The notes beneath the pieces are model-generated. The model was not told the origin of the DNA and searched no databases. It saw nothing but the letters and a program-made list of their open reading frames with translations. A stretch of 64,000 nucleotides of DNA, from contig NC_042999.1 in NCBI RefSeq assembly GCF_006345805.1, positions 160,456,001-160,520,000 of the forward strand, read 5' to 3'. How positions within the stretch are numbered: position 1 is the first letter of the stretch; the number at the start of each line of letters is the position of its first letter. Positions 25,116-37,789 of the stretch are shown in pieces. The translations under genes and the position numbers were made by a program. The stretch is from Octopus sinensis. Its lineage: Eukaryota.

Positions 25116-25617
25116 ACCAGTTTTTAATGGAGAGATTCCTTTCCATGCCACTCACTGTTCAGACATCCAGTGTCTTTGGTCAGAGAATGTTGCACTTTTC
25201 CATCAAATTAGATTAAAGGCATAATATGATGAAAACACTTCATGAAGTAGAAGTCTGCTTCAGAGCTAAGTGGTTTTAAGTTCAATTTCACTGCATGGCA
25301 CATTGGGCAAGAATCTACTTATAGAATCCCTTGGCTGACAATACTTTTGGAATGAAATTTAATCAATGTGAACTATACTGGAAGCCCTCAGTGTGTGTGT
25401 TCATACATTTGCATCCTTTCACATTTCCAATACTTCCACAAGCAGTTTGATGATTTTATATATTCAGAAAGAGAGAAAAGAAGAGACAATGAGGCAAATA
25501 AACAGAAAAAACTCCTTGGGTTTGATGTACAGAATATATATTCATGTATACATGTGAATAAGGGAAAGGCAAAGACTGAAAATTTCCAGATGATTAACAT
25601 TCAAGTAGAAATATATA

Positions 25618-26020
25618 TCTTTACTCTTTACTCATTTACTTGTTTCAGTCATTTGACTGCGGCCATGCTGGAGCACCGCCTTTAGTCGAACAAATCGACC
25701 CCGGGACTTATTCTTTGTAAGCCCAGTACTTATTCTATCGGTCTCTTTTGCCGAACCGCTAAGTTACGGGGACGTAAACACACCAGCATCGGTTGTCAAG
25801 CAATGCTAGAGGGACAAACAAATACATACACATACATATATATATACATATATATGACAGGCTTCTTTCAGTTTCAGTCTACCAAATCCATTCACAAGGC
25901 ATTGGTCGGCCCGGGGCTATAGCAGAAGACACTTGCCCAAGATGCCACGCAGTGGGACTGAACCCAGAACCATGTGGTTGGTAGGCAAGCTATTTACCAC
26001 ACAGCCACTCCTGCGCCTAT
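25618..26020 (-). mobile_element. SINE family A
   Basis: Full-length reverse-complement match. Confidence 0.85.
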
Positions 26021-26591
26021 ATCAATATAGCAAACTTATTCAAATTACATAAGCTCAAAATAAAGTCATGCTTGGTCAAGTGCTACCTACAGATCACACC
26101 CCTGAACAAACAATTCTTGGGCCCATCAACTAAGAATATTGCAGTTCCACCTATGGATCTCTTCTAAATGGACCTCTTATTACAGAAAACAAAAGTATTA
26201 TTTTAAGACTATGTAATCTGACATGGTTCCCTGGCAAACCTTATCCAAGCTGCCCTTTATTACACTCCAGTCCACCACATACAGAATCCTATTCTTTCCT
26301 TTACCTGTTACCCTACATTCTGTCCCTACAATGCACAACCCTACATCATTTCTGCTGCCTCTAATCTGACTTTAACAACCATTGCTTCTTCCTTTTTCCA
26401 ACTATTCCTTTCTTTAAGTACACCTCATCCATAACTCCTCTTTTCCCACACCTGTTTCATGCATGCATGCATGCATGCATGTATATGTGTGTGTGTGTGT
26501 GTGTGTGCATGTATGTATGTATGTATGTATGTATGATGCACCCTGTGTATATATATGCATACGTGTGTGTGTGTGTATATATATATATATA

Positions 26592-26888
26592 TCATCATCA
26601 TCATCATCGTTTAGCGTCCGCTTTCCATGCTGGCATGGGTTGGACGGTTCAACTGGGGTCTGGCAAGCCAGAAGGCTGCACCAGGCCCAGTCTGATCTGG
26701 CAATGTTTCTACGGCTGGATGCCCTTCCTAACGCCAACCACTCCGTGAGTGTAGTGGGTGCTTTTTACGTGCCACCGGCACAGACGCCAGACAAGGCTGG
26801 CAAACGGCCACGATCGGATGGTGCTTTTTACGTGCCATCGGCACGGAGACCAGGCGAGGCTGGCAATGGCCACGATTGGATGGTGCTA
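26592..26888 (-). mobile_element. RTE 3' end
   Basis: (CAT)n plus terminus reverse complement. Confidence 0.8.
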
Positions 26889-26918
26889 TATATACACACA
26901 CATACACACACACACACA

Positions 26919-28261
26919 CAGGGTGCATCAGTTTTTTGAGTTCTAACTTTCTTCCAACTTAATTACTTTACTTTTCAGATAAATAATGTCAGACATCAGG
27001 TTAACTCAGCAATGAAAAGGCACGCTGTAATTGTTGTCTTAAAAGTGCAGCTTAGTGATAAAGAGATAGCTTGTTTTCTGAAAGTTACCCATTCCTTCTT
27101 TGTCAAATTTCAAAAGGAGCTGGAAGCTGCTGGTGGGAATCCAACATCAGCATCTAAATGCAAAATGCATGCACAGGGTCTTAGTACCATCAGAACACTT
27201 AACTTTGTATAAAAAGTCAAAGAAATTATCAATAAAAGCCCCAGAAAATCAATCAGGGCCATTACAGAGGACCTCAAGGTTTCTGAATGCACCATCAGAA
27301 GAGTTGTAGATGAAGACAGCCAGTACAAGTCATATTTGATGTGGAGAGGTCAGTTTATGTTAGATGTAACAAGAGAGAATCATTTGATCAGTGCAAAGTG
27401 CTTGCTAAACAAGTTAAAGCATCAAGAAGCTGGAATGTTTTGATTTTCTCTAATAAAAAAAAATATGCAGCATGGAATTTTGTCAGTGAACAGGTTAAGG
27501 TCTCAAAGTGATGAAAATATTTTGACAAATTAAATTTAAATGTTGAAGTGAATCTAACGGTTTTTGTGTGTTTCTTAAATGGCTTATAAACACTTTCCCA
27601 ATACAACTGTTTTCATTCCAGCACACGATCTTAAATCAGGTCACTTGCTATGCAAGTACATCTCCGTAAAAAAAAATTCAATTAGGACTAGAAGGTAAAC
27701 TGAAGGATTGACAGATGGTCATGAAGAGAACCGAATGAGATTCCAATGGTCATGCATACTAAGTTTCCTATAACCATGATAGATCTGGAAGTTGTTAGCA
27801 ATGAGGGAGATGTCATGCCTTCACACTTTTTTTACGGGGCTTAAGAGTAAATGCTGCTGTCTTCACAGGGGTGTTGGAGAAAATTGTGAGACCCTGGATA
27901 AATAAAGTTTGCAATAGAAGGCTGTACATCTTCCAACAAGACTCTGTGCCATCTTATAAGACTAGGACAACTCAAGCATGGATGCATGCTAATCTCCATG
28001 ATCATGTTCTCCAGACACATGGCCTCCTAGCTCACCAGATCTCAATCCTCTAGACTATGACATATAGGGTGTGGTCAAGAGAAAGATCAATCAACACCTC
28101 CATAACACCATACATGCTAACAGGGATTTACTGAATAGATATCATAAAAGGATTCTCAAGATTATTTGTAGTAATTTTTTTTCAAATACAGCTTATCTTT
28201 GATGAGCTATGCATCTTTTCCTAAATTCATACAAATGACCTCAAAAAACTGATGCACCCTG
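26919..28261 (+). mobile_element. Tc1/mariner-superfamily maT (DD37D-type) transposon, decayed
   Basis: Perfect 22-bp TIR CAGGGTGCATCAGTTTTTTGAG; transposase from ATG 27012 with VMHTKFP, FQQDSVPSY and PPSSPDLNPLDY; stops, frameshifts and a ~200-bp insertion near 27465-27665. Confidence 0.88.
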
Positions 28262-28265
28262 TATA

Positions 28266-28833
28266 TATACCTTTGGAAATATGCTGTGCGTGAAAAGACC
28301 AGGCAGGACAAGTGAGTCCAGCCCACTTATGCATGCCTTTCCTCCCTTGGACACACAAAGACCTGTTGAGGCAAGCGAAGTCGATATCAAACCTCATCCA
28401 ACGACAGGCACCTATGCCTACCCCGCTTTGCTTGCGAAGACCTGTTGGGGCAAGTGAAATCGGAATTGAAATTGAACCAATCCTATGACTGGCACCCGGC
28501 AGATGCTAGGGCCCCTGGACTGGAGATACGTAAAAAGCACCATCCAAATCATGGCCGAAGCCAGTGCCGCCTCGACTGGCTTCCGTGCAGGTGGCACGTA
28601 AAATGCACCAATCCGACCATGGCCGATACCAGCCTTACCTGGCACCAGTGCAGGTGGCACGTAAAAAGCACCCACTACACTCACGGAGTGGTTGGTGTTA
28701 GGAAGGGCATCCAGCTGTAGAAACATTGCCAGATAAGACCGGAGCCTGGTGCAGCCTTCTGGCTTCCCAGATCCCTGGTCGAACCGTCCAACCCATGCTA
28801 GCATGGAGAACGGACGTTAAACGATGATGATGA
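28266..28833 (+). mobile_element. RTE 3' end
   Basis: LWKYAVREKTRQDK* ORF end, UTR and GAT tail. Confidence 0.8.
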
Positions 28834-28834
28834 T

Positions 28835-29050
28835 ATAAAGTTAATCCAAACAAGAAAGCACAAAAAAACACAACAACGCGAGGACGTGGAACAAATATAG
28901 TATTATTGGACGCTCAGGAAAGAAGGAAAGAAGGAGGGTTTAACGTTTTTCGAGCGGAGCTCTTCGTCGGAAACATAGGAGAAGAAAAGATCCAGAGAAG
29001 GGAAAACAGAGGAAAAAAAATCGCCAACAGTACACACGAGGTCACATTTT
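28835..29050 (-). ncRNA. Short Penelope-like repeat with a minimal type I hammerhead-like motif (28936-28975)
   Basis: Minus strand GTTT-CCGACGA-A-GAGC(TCC)GCTC-GAAA(AA)CGT-T-AAAC: helix I 4 bp, helix II 4 bp, palindromic ACGT; U4C change and two extra A. Confidence 0.55.
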
Positions 29051-29734
29051 GAATATATATATATGTACTGAAACTAAAAGTTTGTCTTGCAACTTGAATT
29101 TCAATTTTAATAAAAACTATATCCTCTACAGCATGTATTGAGCACTTCCCTCTCAGTCATCCAACATAAATCAAAGTACATACAAAGGTATGTGTGTATG
29201 TGTGTGTGTGTGTGTGTGTGTGTTATCAGCATCATTTGACCGAGAATCAAAGACTAAATAGATCATACCTGCAAGGGGTCCTTACCACCATCTACACAGA
29301 CCTGTCATTCAATAGCAACTCAAAGAGAAAGAACACAAAACTCAAGAGCAGATGCTGGAGTTAATGGCCCGGGGTGTTGAGCAGAAGAAAGACAAAGAAC
29401 TGAAATGGTAACAGAAGCACATAGAAGATGCTGGAGATGGACAAAAGATGCAGGAAGAGAAGAATATATTACAGCAGCTGCATGAGAAAGAGATTTAGTA
29501 AGAAAAGACGACAAAGGAAAGTTTAGCATTTCCTTGCAGTCAAATTATGAAAGAGATCTTTGGCATTGAGGATATCCGTTTCAGAAGATAAAAACACAAT
29601 GCCCCTATGTTAGATAATCGCAAAAAGAGTGGATAGGAATTCTATAGTGTAAGGAGGACACTTGTGAAGTTGTAGGATCTTAAGCAGACAGATGGAGAAG
29701 GAGGATTTCATACTTAATAGATACACAGAAATAT

Positions 29735-29915
29735 ATTTCTTTATTGCCCATAAGGTTCTAAACATAGAGGGGACAAACAGAGGGATTAAGTGTGTGACTG
29801 GTACTTAATTTATCAACCCCGAAAGGATGAAAGGCAAAGTCGACCTCGGCGGAATTTGAACTCACAACGTAACAGCAGATGAAATACGCCTATGAATTTT
29901 GCCCGGTGTGCTAAG
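29735..29915 (-). mobile_element. SINE family C, diverged
   Basis: GAAAGGATGAAAGGCAAAGTCGACCTCGGCGGAATTTGAACTC module. Confidence 0.7.
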
Positions 29916-30248
29916 CACCCAAGAAATAAAGTCCCTTAACTGTCCAGATGTCTTGTTAGAAGTAGTTGAGAGATTCAGCAATGGAGATGGATAATGTGTG
30001 AAAGCATTGTAGCCTATGTAAGGATATGGCGGATGAAGCTCAGTGAAGGGCAAATATATGATGTTTGAGCTGTAAGTGCAATAGTGTGTAATAGAAATAC
30101 ATAGGAATTTACATTTATTGAACACATATTAAGTCTGATTGTGAAAGAGACCCAAGATTAAATCCTCAAACAATTCATCCACATTTACTTGACTTACCCA
30201 GCTTATCGTGATTGTTTACTTCAAGCCAACTTTAGAAATGTTATGAAC

Positions 30249-30420
30249 AGGCGTAGGAGTGGCTGTGTGGTAAGAAGCTTGCTTACCAACCACATGATTC
30301 CGGGTTCAGTCCCACTGTATGGCACCTTGCGCAAGTGTCTTCTACTATAGCCTAGAGCCAACCAAAGCCTTGTGAGTGGATTTGGTAGATGGAAACTGAA
30401 AGAAGCCCATCGTATATATG

Positions 30421-30470
<50 letters not shown>

Positions 30471-30675
30471 TGTGTGTGTATATGTTTGTCCCCTCAACAT
30501 CGCTTGACAACCAATGCTGGTGTGTTTATGTCCCTGTAACTTAGTGGTTTGGCAAAAGAGACCGATAGAATAACTACTAGGCTTACAAAGAATAAGTCCT
30601 GGGGTCGATTTGGTCGACTAAAGGTGGTGCTCCAGTATGGCTACAGTCAAATGACTGAAACAAGTAAAAGAGTAA
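30249..30675 (+). mobile_element. SINE family A
   Basis: Full-length match with an expanded (TA)n. Confidence 0.85.
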
Positions 30676-30939
30676 CAGCAGGTGCTGCTTTTTTCTCGTT
30701 TGCATATCAGTACATGCTAGTGCAAAATTGGAAGGTAATGAGATATGGGTCTTAAATACAAATGTATGTCAGCTAGAAAGAAATGGAGGGTGCACCAGTG
30801 GCTGTGTAATGTTAGTGTGCACAAATAATACAACACAAATGAACTGAGAAAAGAGCTGGACGTAAGATGAATCAGATGTATTGCTGAATTCTCAATGTCA
30901 ATGAATGCTTTGGAAATACAAAACTATCTTTCAGAGTAA

Positions 30940-31168
30940 GATCATCATCATCATTGTTTAACGTCCGTTTTCCATGCTAGCATGGGTTGGACGGTTCGAC
31001 CGGGATCTGGGAAGCCAGAAGGCTGCACCAGGCTCCAGTCTGATCTGGCAGTGTTTCTACAGCTGGATGCCCTTCCTAACACCAACCACTCCGTGAGTGT
31101 AGTGGGTGCTTTTTACGTGCCACCGGCACAGGTGCCAGGCGAGGCTGGCAACGGCCACGATCGGATTG
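30940..31168 (-). mobile_element. RTE 3' terminus
   Basis: (CAT)n plus terminus reverse complement. Confidence 0.8.
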
Positions 31169-31307
31169 GTGCAAAATTTACAAACCAGTTGGTAGTTGGA
31201 AATCCTTCAAAAGTTAGCAATCTAGGTGTCTGCATAGATTTAATCAATTTGGATCTTTGGTCGAAAATTGCAAAAACTGCAACAGAATGTTTATTTCTTT
31301 ACTGCCC

Positions 31308-31910
31308 ATAGGCTCAGGAGTGGCTGTGTGGTAAGTAGCTTGCTAACCAACCACATGGTTCCGGGTTCAATCCCACTGCGTGGCATCTTAGGCAAGTGTC
31401 TTCGGCTATAGCCCCGGGCCAACCAATGCCTTGTGAGTGGATTTGGTAGATGGAAACTGAAAGAAGCCTGTCGTATATATGTATATATATATATGTATGT
31501 GTGTGTGTTTGTGTGCCTGTGTTTGTTCCCCTAGCATTGCTTGACAACCGAAGCTGGTGTGTTTACGTCCCCGTCACTTAGCGGTTCGGCAAAAAGAGAA
31601 AGATAGAATAAGTACTGGGCTTACAAAAAGAATAAGTCCCTAAAGGCGGTGCTCCAGCATGGCCGCAGTCAAATGACTGAAACGAGTAAAAGAGTAAAAG
31701 AGTAAAAGAGTATAGGGGGCTAAACTTAGAGGGGACAAACAAAGATAGACAAAGGAATTAAGTTGATTATATCAACCCCAGTGTGTAACTGGTATTTATT
31801 TAATTGACCCCCAAAAGGATGAAAGGCAAAGTCAATCTCAGCAGAATTTGATCTCAGAATGTAACGGCAGACAAAATACCACTAAACATTTCACCTGGTG
31901 TGCTAATGAT
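31308..31910. mobile_element. SINE A (+, 31308-31712) abutting SINE C (-, 31713-31910)
   Basis: Family matches as above. Confidence 0.75.
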
Positions 31911-32582
31911 TCTTCTAAGTAGAATATTACACCTTTCTGAGACACAAAAATTACACTCTTTCGAATCAATGTCGTAAAGAGTGTAACAAATAATAATATT
32001 AACAATTCTAATATTACCATTCATTAGAGTCCAGATATATCTGGATACTGAAATTGGAAAGCCTGTTTCTAGATGTCTAAATGTAAAAATGTCACAAGAA
32101 TTATTTTTCACTGTAGTGAGGAGATACACTGTATGTTTTTGTTTACTACCACACTGACCACAATTTATATGTAACTACAATGTACTGTGGATGTATCTCT
32201 CATACACAGACAGTGTTGAGTTGGCTCCATAAATGAAATAATACAAAAGTTTTCCTGGAAGAATTTGATATTTCTGAGGATTTGCCCAGCCCTTCATGTA
32301 AGAGAATTAAGTATTCTTCATCACTTAATTCCCTTTCAACTCTCACCTTACTTAATTACAATAACTATATGCAACTTTGCTTGTGAATAATACAATTTTG
32401 AATTGAACACACTATTGACACAAATATAAATTTTTTATAAGTAAAATCTATATATCTTTTCCAAAAAAGACGGCAAAATTGAAATTCATCTATTGTAGTA
32501 TAAAGGATATAATATATATTGGCATGTAGGTGTGTGTATGTGGATATATGTGATTGTGTGTGTGTGTGTGTGTGTGAGTGTA

Positions 32583-32886
32583 GTGGAGGCGCAATGGCCC
32601 AGTGGTTAGGGCAGTGGACTTGCAGTCGTAGAATCGCGGTTTCGATTCCCAGACTGGGCGTTGTGAGTGTTTATCGAGTGAAAACACCTAAAGCTCCACG
32701 AGGCTCCGGCAGGGGCTGGTGGCGATCCTTGCTGTACTCTTTCGCCACAACTTTCTCTCACTCTTTCTCCTGTTGGCCTGCTCGCTTCGCCAGCAGGGTG
32801 GCGTCATTTGAAGGCTAAAACAATGCGAAGCGCATTGTGACCAGCGATGTGTAACAACATCTGATAGCCTGGTCGATCACGGTGAT
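32583..32886 (+). mobile_element. SINE family B, tail type 1
   Basis: Match to 19756-20066. Confidence 0.85.
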
Positions 32887-32904
32887 ATATATATATATAT
32901 ATAT

Positions 32905-33685
32905 AGACACCCAGTGTATTTAGGTGGATGGTTCCACCGACTGCTGTTGGCAACCTCAGAAACGTGTTTGCGTCATAGGCACAAGCGTGGCTTTGTGGCA
33001 AGAACCTTGCTTCCGGTTTATGGTTGTTCTGTTGGATTGTTGGATTTGTTTGGTACACACGTTCTTTTGGCTGTCCTAGTGGAGCGACATTTTCCCTCTT
33101 GTATAATGGAGGAGCGTTGAGCAAGAAGTTGGGAGAAGTTGAAGTATTTTTCCCTAGAATGTGATTCGTCTGAGGAGGAATTAGTTGAATACTTAAACAA
33201 GATGGACAAGGAAATGGAGAAGAGGAATTATGCAGCAGCGGCTAGAGAAAAAATTGAAGAAGTGAGTCTGAAAGAGTTGAGCAAGTTCAAGGGAATGATG
33301 TGAAGGGAATGATGTGATGGTAGAAAACATCTTAGTGGGTGAAACTACTTTGAAATTTAGATTGGAGGGAAGAATTCCATGGTGTTATAAATGTGGCCTG
33401 AAGAGCCATATTAAAATGGAATGTCCTCCACCACTGGAAAAGACTGAGGAGCGTGAAAGAGTGGTCAGTGTTCTACTGCCCGTGGAGGAAAAGGACATGA
33501 CCATCAAGGAAGAAGAGACAAATGACAGCTGGGAGATAGCAAAGAAGAAGAAAAGAAAAAGAGGACACATGTGGTAAAGAATGACCCCCTCCTCAACCCG
33601 CACCCACCAGGCTCCCACCGACATCCACTCTGCCCCAACCACTCCCTACAGATACCAACCCTTCCCATGCCCCAGTCTGACAAAA
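32905..33685 (+). mobile_element. Second gag/ORF1-like relic with leader, ATG and CCHC knuckle
   Basis: ~200-bp leader, ATG at 33106 followed by a premature TGA; CYKCGLKSHIKMEC; basic WEIAKKKKRKR and C-rich tail as in 490-1441. Confidence 0.65.
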
Positions 33686-33915
33686 AAGCAATTGGTTGTC
33701 AAGCAATGCTAGGGGGACAAACACACACACGTACATACATACATATATAAGACGGGCTTCTTTCAGTTTCCGTCTACCAAATCCACTCACAAGGCATTGG
33801 TCGGCCCGGGGCTATAGCAGAAGACACTTGCCCAAGATGCCACGCAGTGGGACTGAACCCGCAACCATGTGGTTGGTTAGCAAGCTACTCACCACACAGC
33901 CACTCCTGCGCCTAT
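33686..33915 (-). mobile_element. SINE family A, head half
   Basis: Reverse-complement match. Confidence 0.8.
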
Positions 33916-34059
33916 GTTGCATCTCACTGGGTAACATTCTTCAGTAAAGAAATTTCAGACATAGAAACAAAACCTGGAACCCTGATACTGTCAGGAAATG
34001 CCCTGTTTGATGTGATGACGAGGAATAAGCAGGGACCCAATATATTAAACCCACTTCAA

Positions 34060-35330
34060 GCTAGGGATGCACAAAAGACATAGTGGAATCACTGACAGGC
34101 CAAGAAAATAAGCCTTGTATGAGGCAGATGCACAGGTCCAATAAGTACTAAAAGCATACCAGAAATAGATTCCCTTAAATGCCTGACTGGTTCACTAGAA
34201 GCAGTGGACAGCTTCCACTCCCTAGGTGACATAATTAGTAGAGGAAATGGTTATTCTGCATATATCATAGCTAGGGTGTTTTGTGTCCCTTCTTGGGACA
34301 CAAAACTCTACTTGTGAAGACCTGTTGAGGCAAGCGAGAATCAGAATCGAAATCGATCAATGGAAATTGCAGCTGAGATACCAGTGCCGGTGGCACGTAA
34401 GAGAACCATCCGAACATGGCCGTTGCCAGCACCGCCCCGACTGGCCTCATGCCCGTGGCACGTAAAAAGCACCATCCGTTCATGGCCGTTGCCATCCTCG
34501 CCTGGCCCCCATGCCGGTGGCACATAAAAAGCACCATCAGATCGTGGCCGTTTGCCAGACTCGTCTGGCACCTGTGCTGGTGGCATGTAGAAAGCACCCA
34601 CTACACTCATGGAGTGGTTGGCGTTAGGAAGGGCATCCAGCCGTAGAAACTTTGCCAGATCAGACTGGGCCTGGTGCAGCCTTCTGGCTTCCCAGACCCC
34701 AATTGAACCGTCCAACCCATGCTAGCATGGAAAGCGGATGCTAAACGATGATGATGATGATGATGATGAGGGTGAGAACTAGTTTGAAAAGGCTCCGAGA
34801 GCTATTACCTCTGCTGGCAGCAAAAGCCATTCTCTCAAAGTGAAGGGTATTTTATATAAGTCTTGGTTTGGGACTGCAATGCTGTGTAGTGGTGAGATGT
34901 GAGCTTTAAATGCAGAAGACCTCTGAAGACAAGAAAGAAATAAAATACACATGTTCTGAAAGATGTCAGACAGCCTAAACACCCGAATTCTACTGTGTTG
35001 AAAGAAGAATTGGGTATAAGGGGAATCATATATAGTGTGTAAAAGAGGGGGCCACATTGACATAGGCCTGTGATGTGTATGGAAGATAATTACTGCATAA
35101 GGAAGTGTTGTGCACTCCACCTTAATGGAACCTTGCTCTCTACTTTAGAAGAGTTCACTCTGTTGTATACAATAGAGCTAGGTCTTTGGGTCTCACTAGT
35201 CTTGGAGGCACCACAAAGGTTACAGGCACTGCTCTTCACTCCTGACTGAGCAGCAGTTCTTCATTACTTTGTGGGACAAAGTAGTGACAAAAGACCTCCA
35301 AATGTTGATCCTCACGGAGGACATGACAAA
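34060..35330 (+). mobile_element. Old RTE ORF relic interrupted by a younger RTE 3' end (34274-34770)
   Basis: VDSFHSLGDII before the insertion and RLRELLPLL...LKVKG after it. Confidence 0.6.
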
Positions 35331-36496
35331 GGACCAAGATGACAGGTGATTCGTTGTGCTCCAGGAGACTCATCCACCTCAGGAAAAACGAGGCCTTAAA
35401 AGCATTCCATTTATGCCTATGCCCTTGCACCCCCATCTGTCCTTGATGATTCCCTCCCCTACAACTCATCTTCCCAACACCTACCTCTCTATCATTGAAA
35501 CTGCACATATTCCATCTCACCCTTTTGTGCTACAACTCAACCTCCCTCCTTGGAATCACTTCCTTTGTCTCCAACATTTTCAGTATCAATCTTTACCATT
35601 TTATTCTTCACTTAACATCCCTTTCCTATGTACATCCTCTTATTCTGCCAATGGTACCTCCTCCCCAACTACACCTGTTTGCTATCCACTATTTCATCCC
35701 TCATGTACATCTAACCTTATCCTTGCCACTGTGCATCTCTCTCTCACCACCCTCAATTCACATCATATCTGCTTCCACCCATCACTTCCCTGACCCACTA
35801 TTTTCTCTACCTTCTCAGCTTAAACCAATATTCACTATTTATCACAACTCCACTTATGTTTACTATCTACCCTGTTCAACACAATCCCCATCTCTATCCA
35901 TTTACCACTCTCCTTCGACACTCTTGTGAACAGACCTACCCACTCACCCTCTCCAATTCTCAGAACCATTTCTCTTATATTCATTTTTCTGTACCTTGAG
36001 GGTATACTCTGACACCTCTTCACCACCATCTCCTCTTTTTTCCAACAGAAGTAGCCAAATATCTGCTCTATAGCAAGCCGGCTGTTCCTATCCCTCTGTC
36101 ATAATTTAACCTCATCACCTTGCATAAAACCACATCCTTCCATATATCATGCTCCTTAGCTGAGGTGTCTTGTCTTATGAGTTACATGGTGACCTTACAA
36201 GTGTCTGTGACACTTTAAAAAGCACCCAATATACTCTGTAAAGTGACTGTGTTAGGGAGGTTTTCAACCACAGAAGCCATGCCAAAGCAGGCATTGCAGC
36301 TGTACGGGTCATCAGTTCCAGTCAAACATCCAACCCATGATAGCATGGAAAATGGATGCTAAACACTGATGATGATGATATATATATAATTAGATAAAGG
36401 TAGTTACGGTCAGTCTGTGGGGTTATCCAGGGTTTCACATCCATAAAGTGCTTAGCCTTACACCATTTCTTCAGACCCTAATCCAGTAATATACAT

Positions 36497-36789
36497 ATCA
36501 CCATGACCACCATGACCGACCAGGCTATCAGATGTTGCTACACATCACTGATCACAATGCGCTTCGCATTGTTTTAGCCTTCAGATGACACCACTCCACT
36601 GGCTAAGCGAGCAGGCCAACAGAAGAAAGAGCAAGAGAAAGTTGTGGCGAAAGAGTACAGCAGGGATCACCACCACCCCCTGACGGAGCCCTGTGGAGCT
36701 TCAGGTGTTTTCGCCCGTGCTGGGAATCGAAACCGCGATCCTATGACCGAGAGTCCGCTGCCCTAACCACTGGGCTATTGCGCCTCCAC
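36497..36789 (-). mobile_element. SINE family B, tail type 1
   Basis: Reverse-complement match with an internal deletion. Confidence 0.8.
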
Positions 36790-37268
36790 AATATATATAT
36801 ATATATATATGTATATGTTAAGTACACCCAGCGTAACCAGATGAACTAGATCACCTTCAGTCCAGAGATACACCATCATATCAATGACCTGCTCATTAAG
36901 CACCGACTATAACGAACTGACAGAGTAGTCATCTGCACTGGTGGATGGCGCTACCGTATCACATGCTTTCACTGTTTTCTGCAGATCTTCAGTGATAGCT
37001 CAACCTTGCACCAAATACCAGAACAAAAATCAGTCAAACCAATATAGTATAATGATGGCCAAACAGCCACTGATGTCACAAAAAGCTAACAGACTACGAA
37101 TAAATTAGATATTAGCAACTGCAGCAGTATTTGTAACAACTAAATAATTAGCACATCCGACATAATTGGATATGTTAACTACTTTGCCTTTAAACTGCTG
37201 TTAACATCCAGAGATACAATCTCATGTTACTGACATGGTCTCATTAAATAGTGACTATGGGAATGGAT

Positions 37269-37652
37269 GGAAGCACTCCGTCGGTTACGACGATGAGAGT
37301 TCCGGTTGATCCGAATCAACGGAACAGCCTGCTCGTGAAATTAACGTGTAAGTGGCTGAGCACTCCACAGACACGTGTACCCTTAACGTAGTTCTCGGGG
37401 ATATTCAGCGTGACACAGAGAGTGACAAGGCCGGCCCCTTAAAATACAGGTACAACAGAAACAGGAAGTAAGAGTGAGAGAAAGTTGTGGCGAAAGAGTA
37501 CAGCAGGGATCACCACCATCCCTGCCGGAGCCTCGTGGAGCTTTTAGGTGTTTTCGCTCAATAAACACTCACAACGCCCGGTCTGGGAATCGAAACCGCG
37601 ATCCTATGACCACGAGTCCGCTGCCCTAACCACTGGGCCATTGCGCCTCCAC
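37269..37652 (-). mobile_element. SINE family B, tail type 2
   Basis: Near-identical to 22771-23156; TAAA(T/C)AGTGACTAT flanks. Confidence 0.85.
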
Positions 37653-37789
37653 TAAACAGTGACTATATTGATATGTAGAAAAGGTGTAGGTGGAAATTCC
37701 ATCTGGGGTCCCCAGAGCAAACAATGGGCAGAGATGTCATGGAATCACAGAAAGATCAACAGGGAAAGTAAACTTTGTGTGTGGCAGAT

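Noticed and set aside
29300-29700. Purine-rich coiled-coil-like segment (possible gag relic)
   Set aside because: It has multiple stops and no diagnostic motif, so it cannot be supported.
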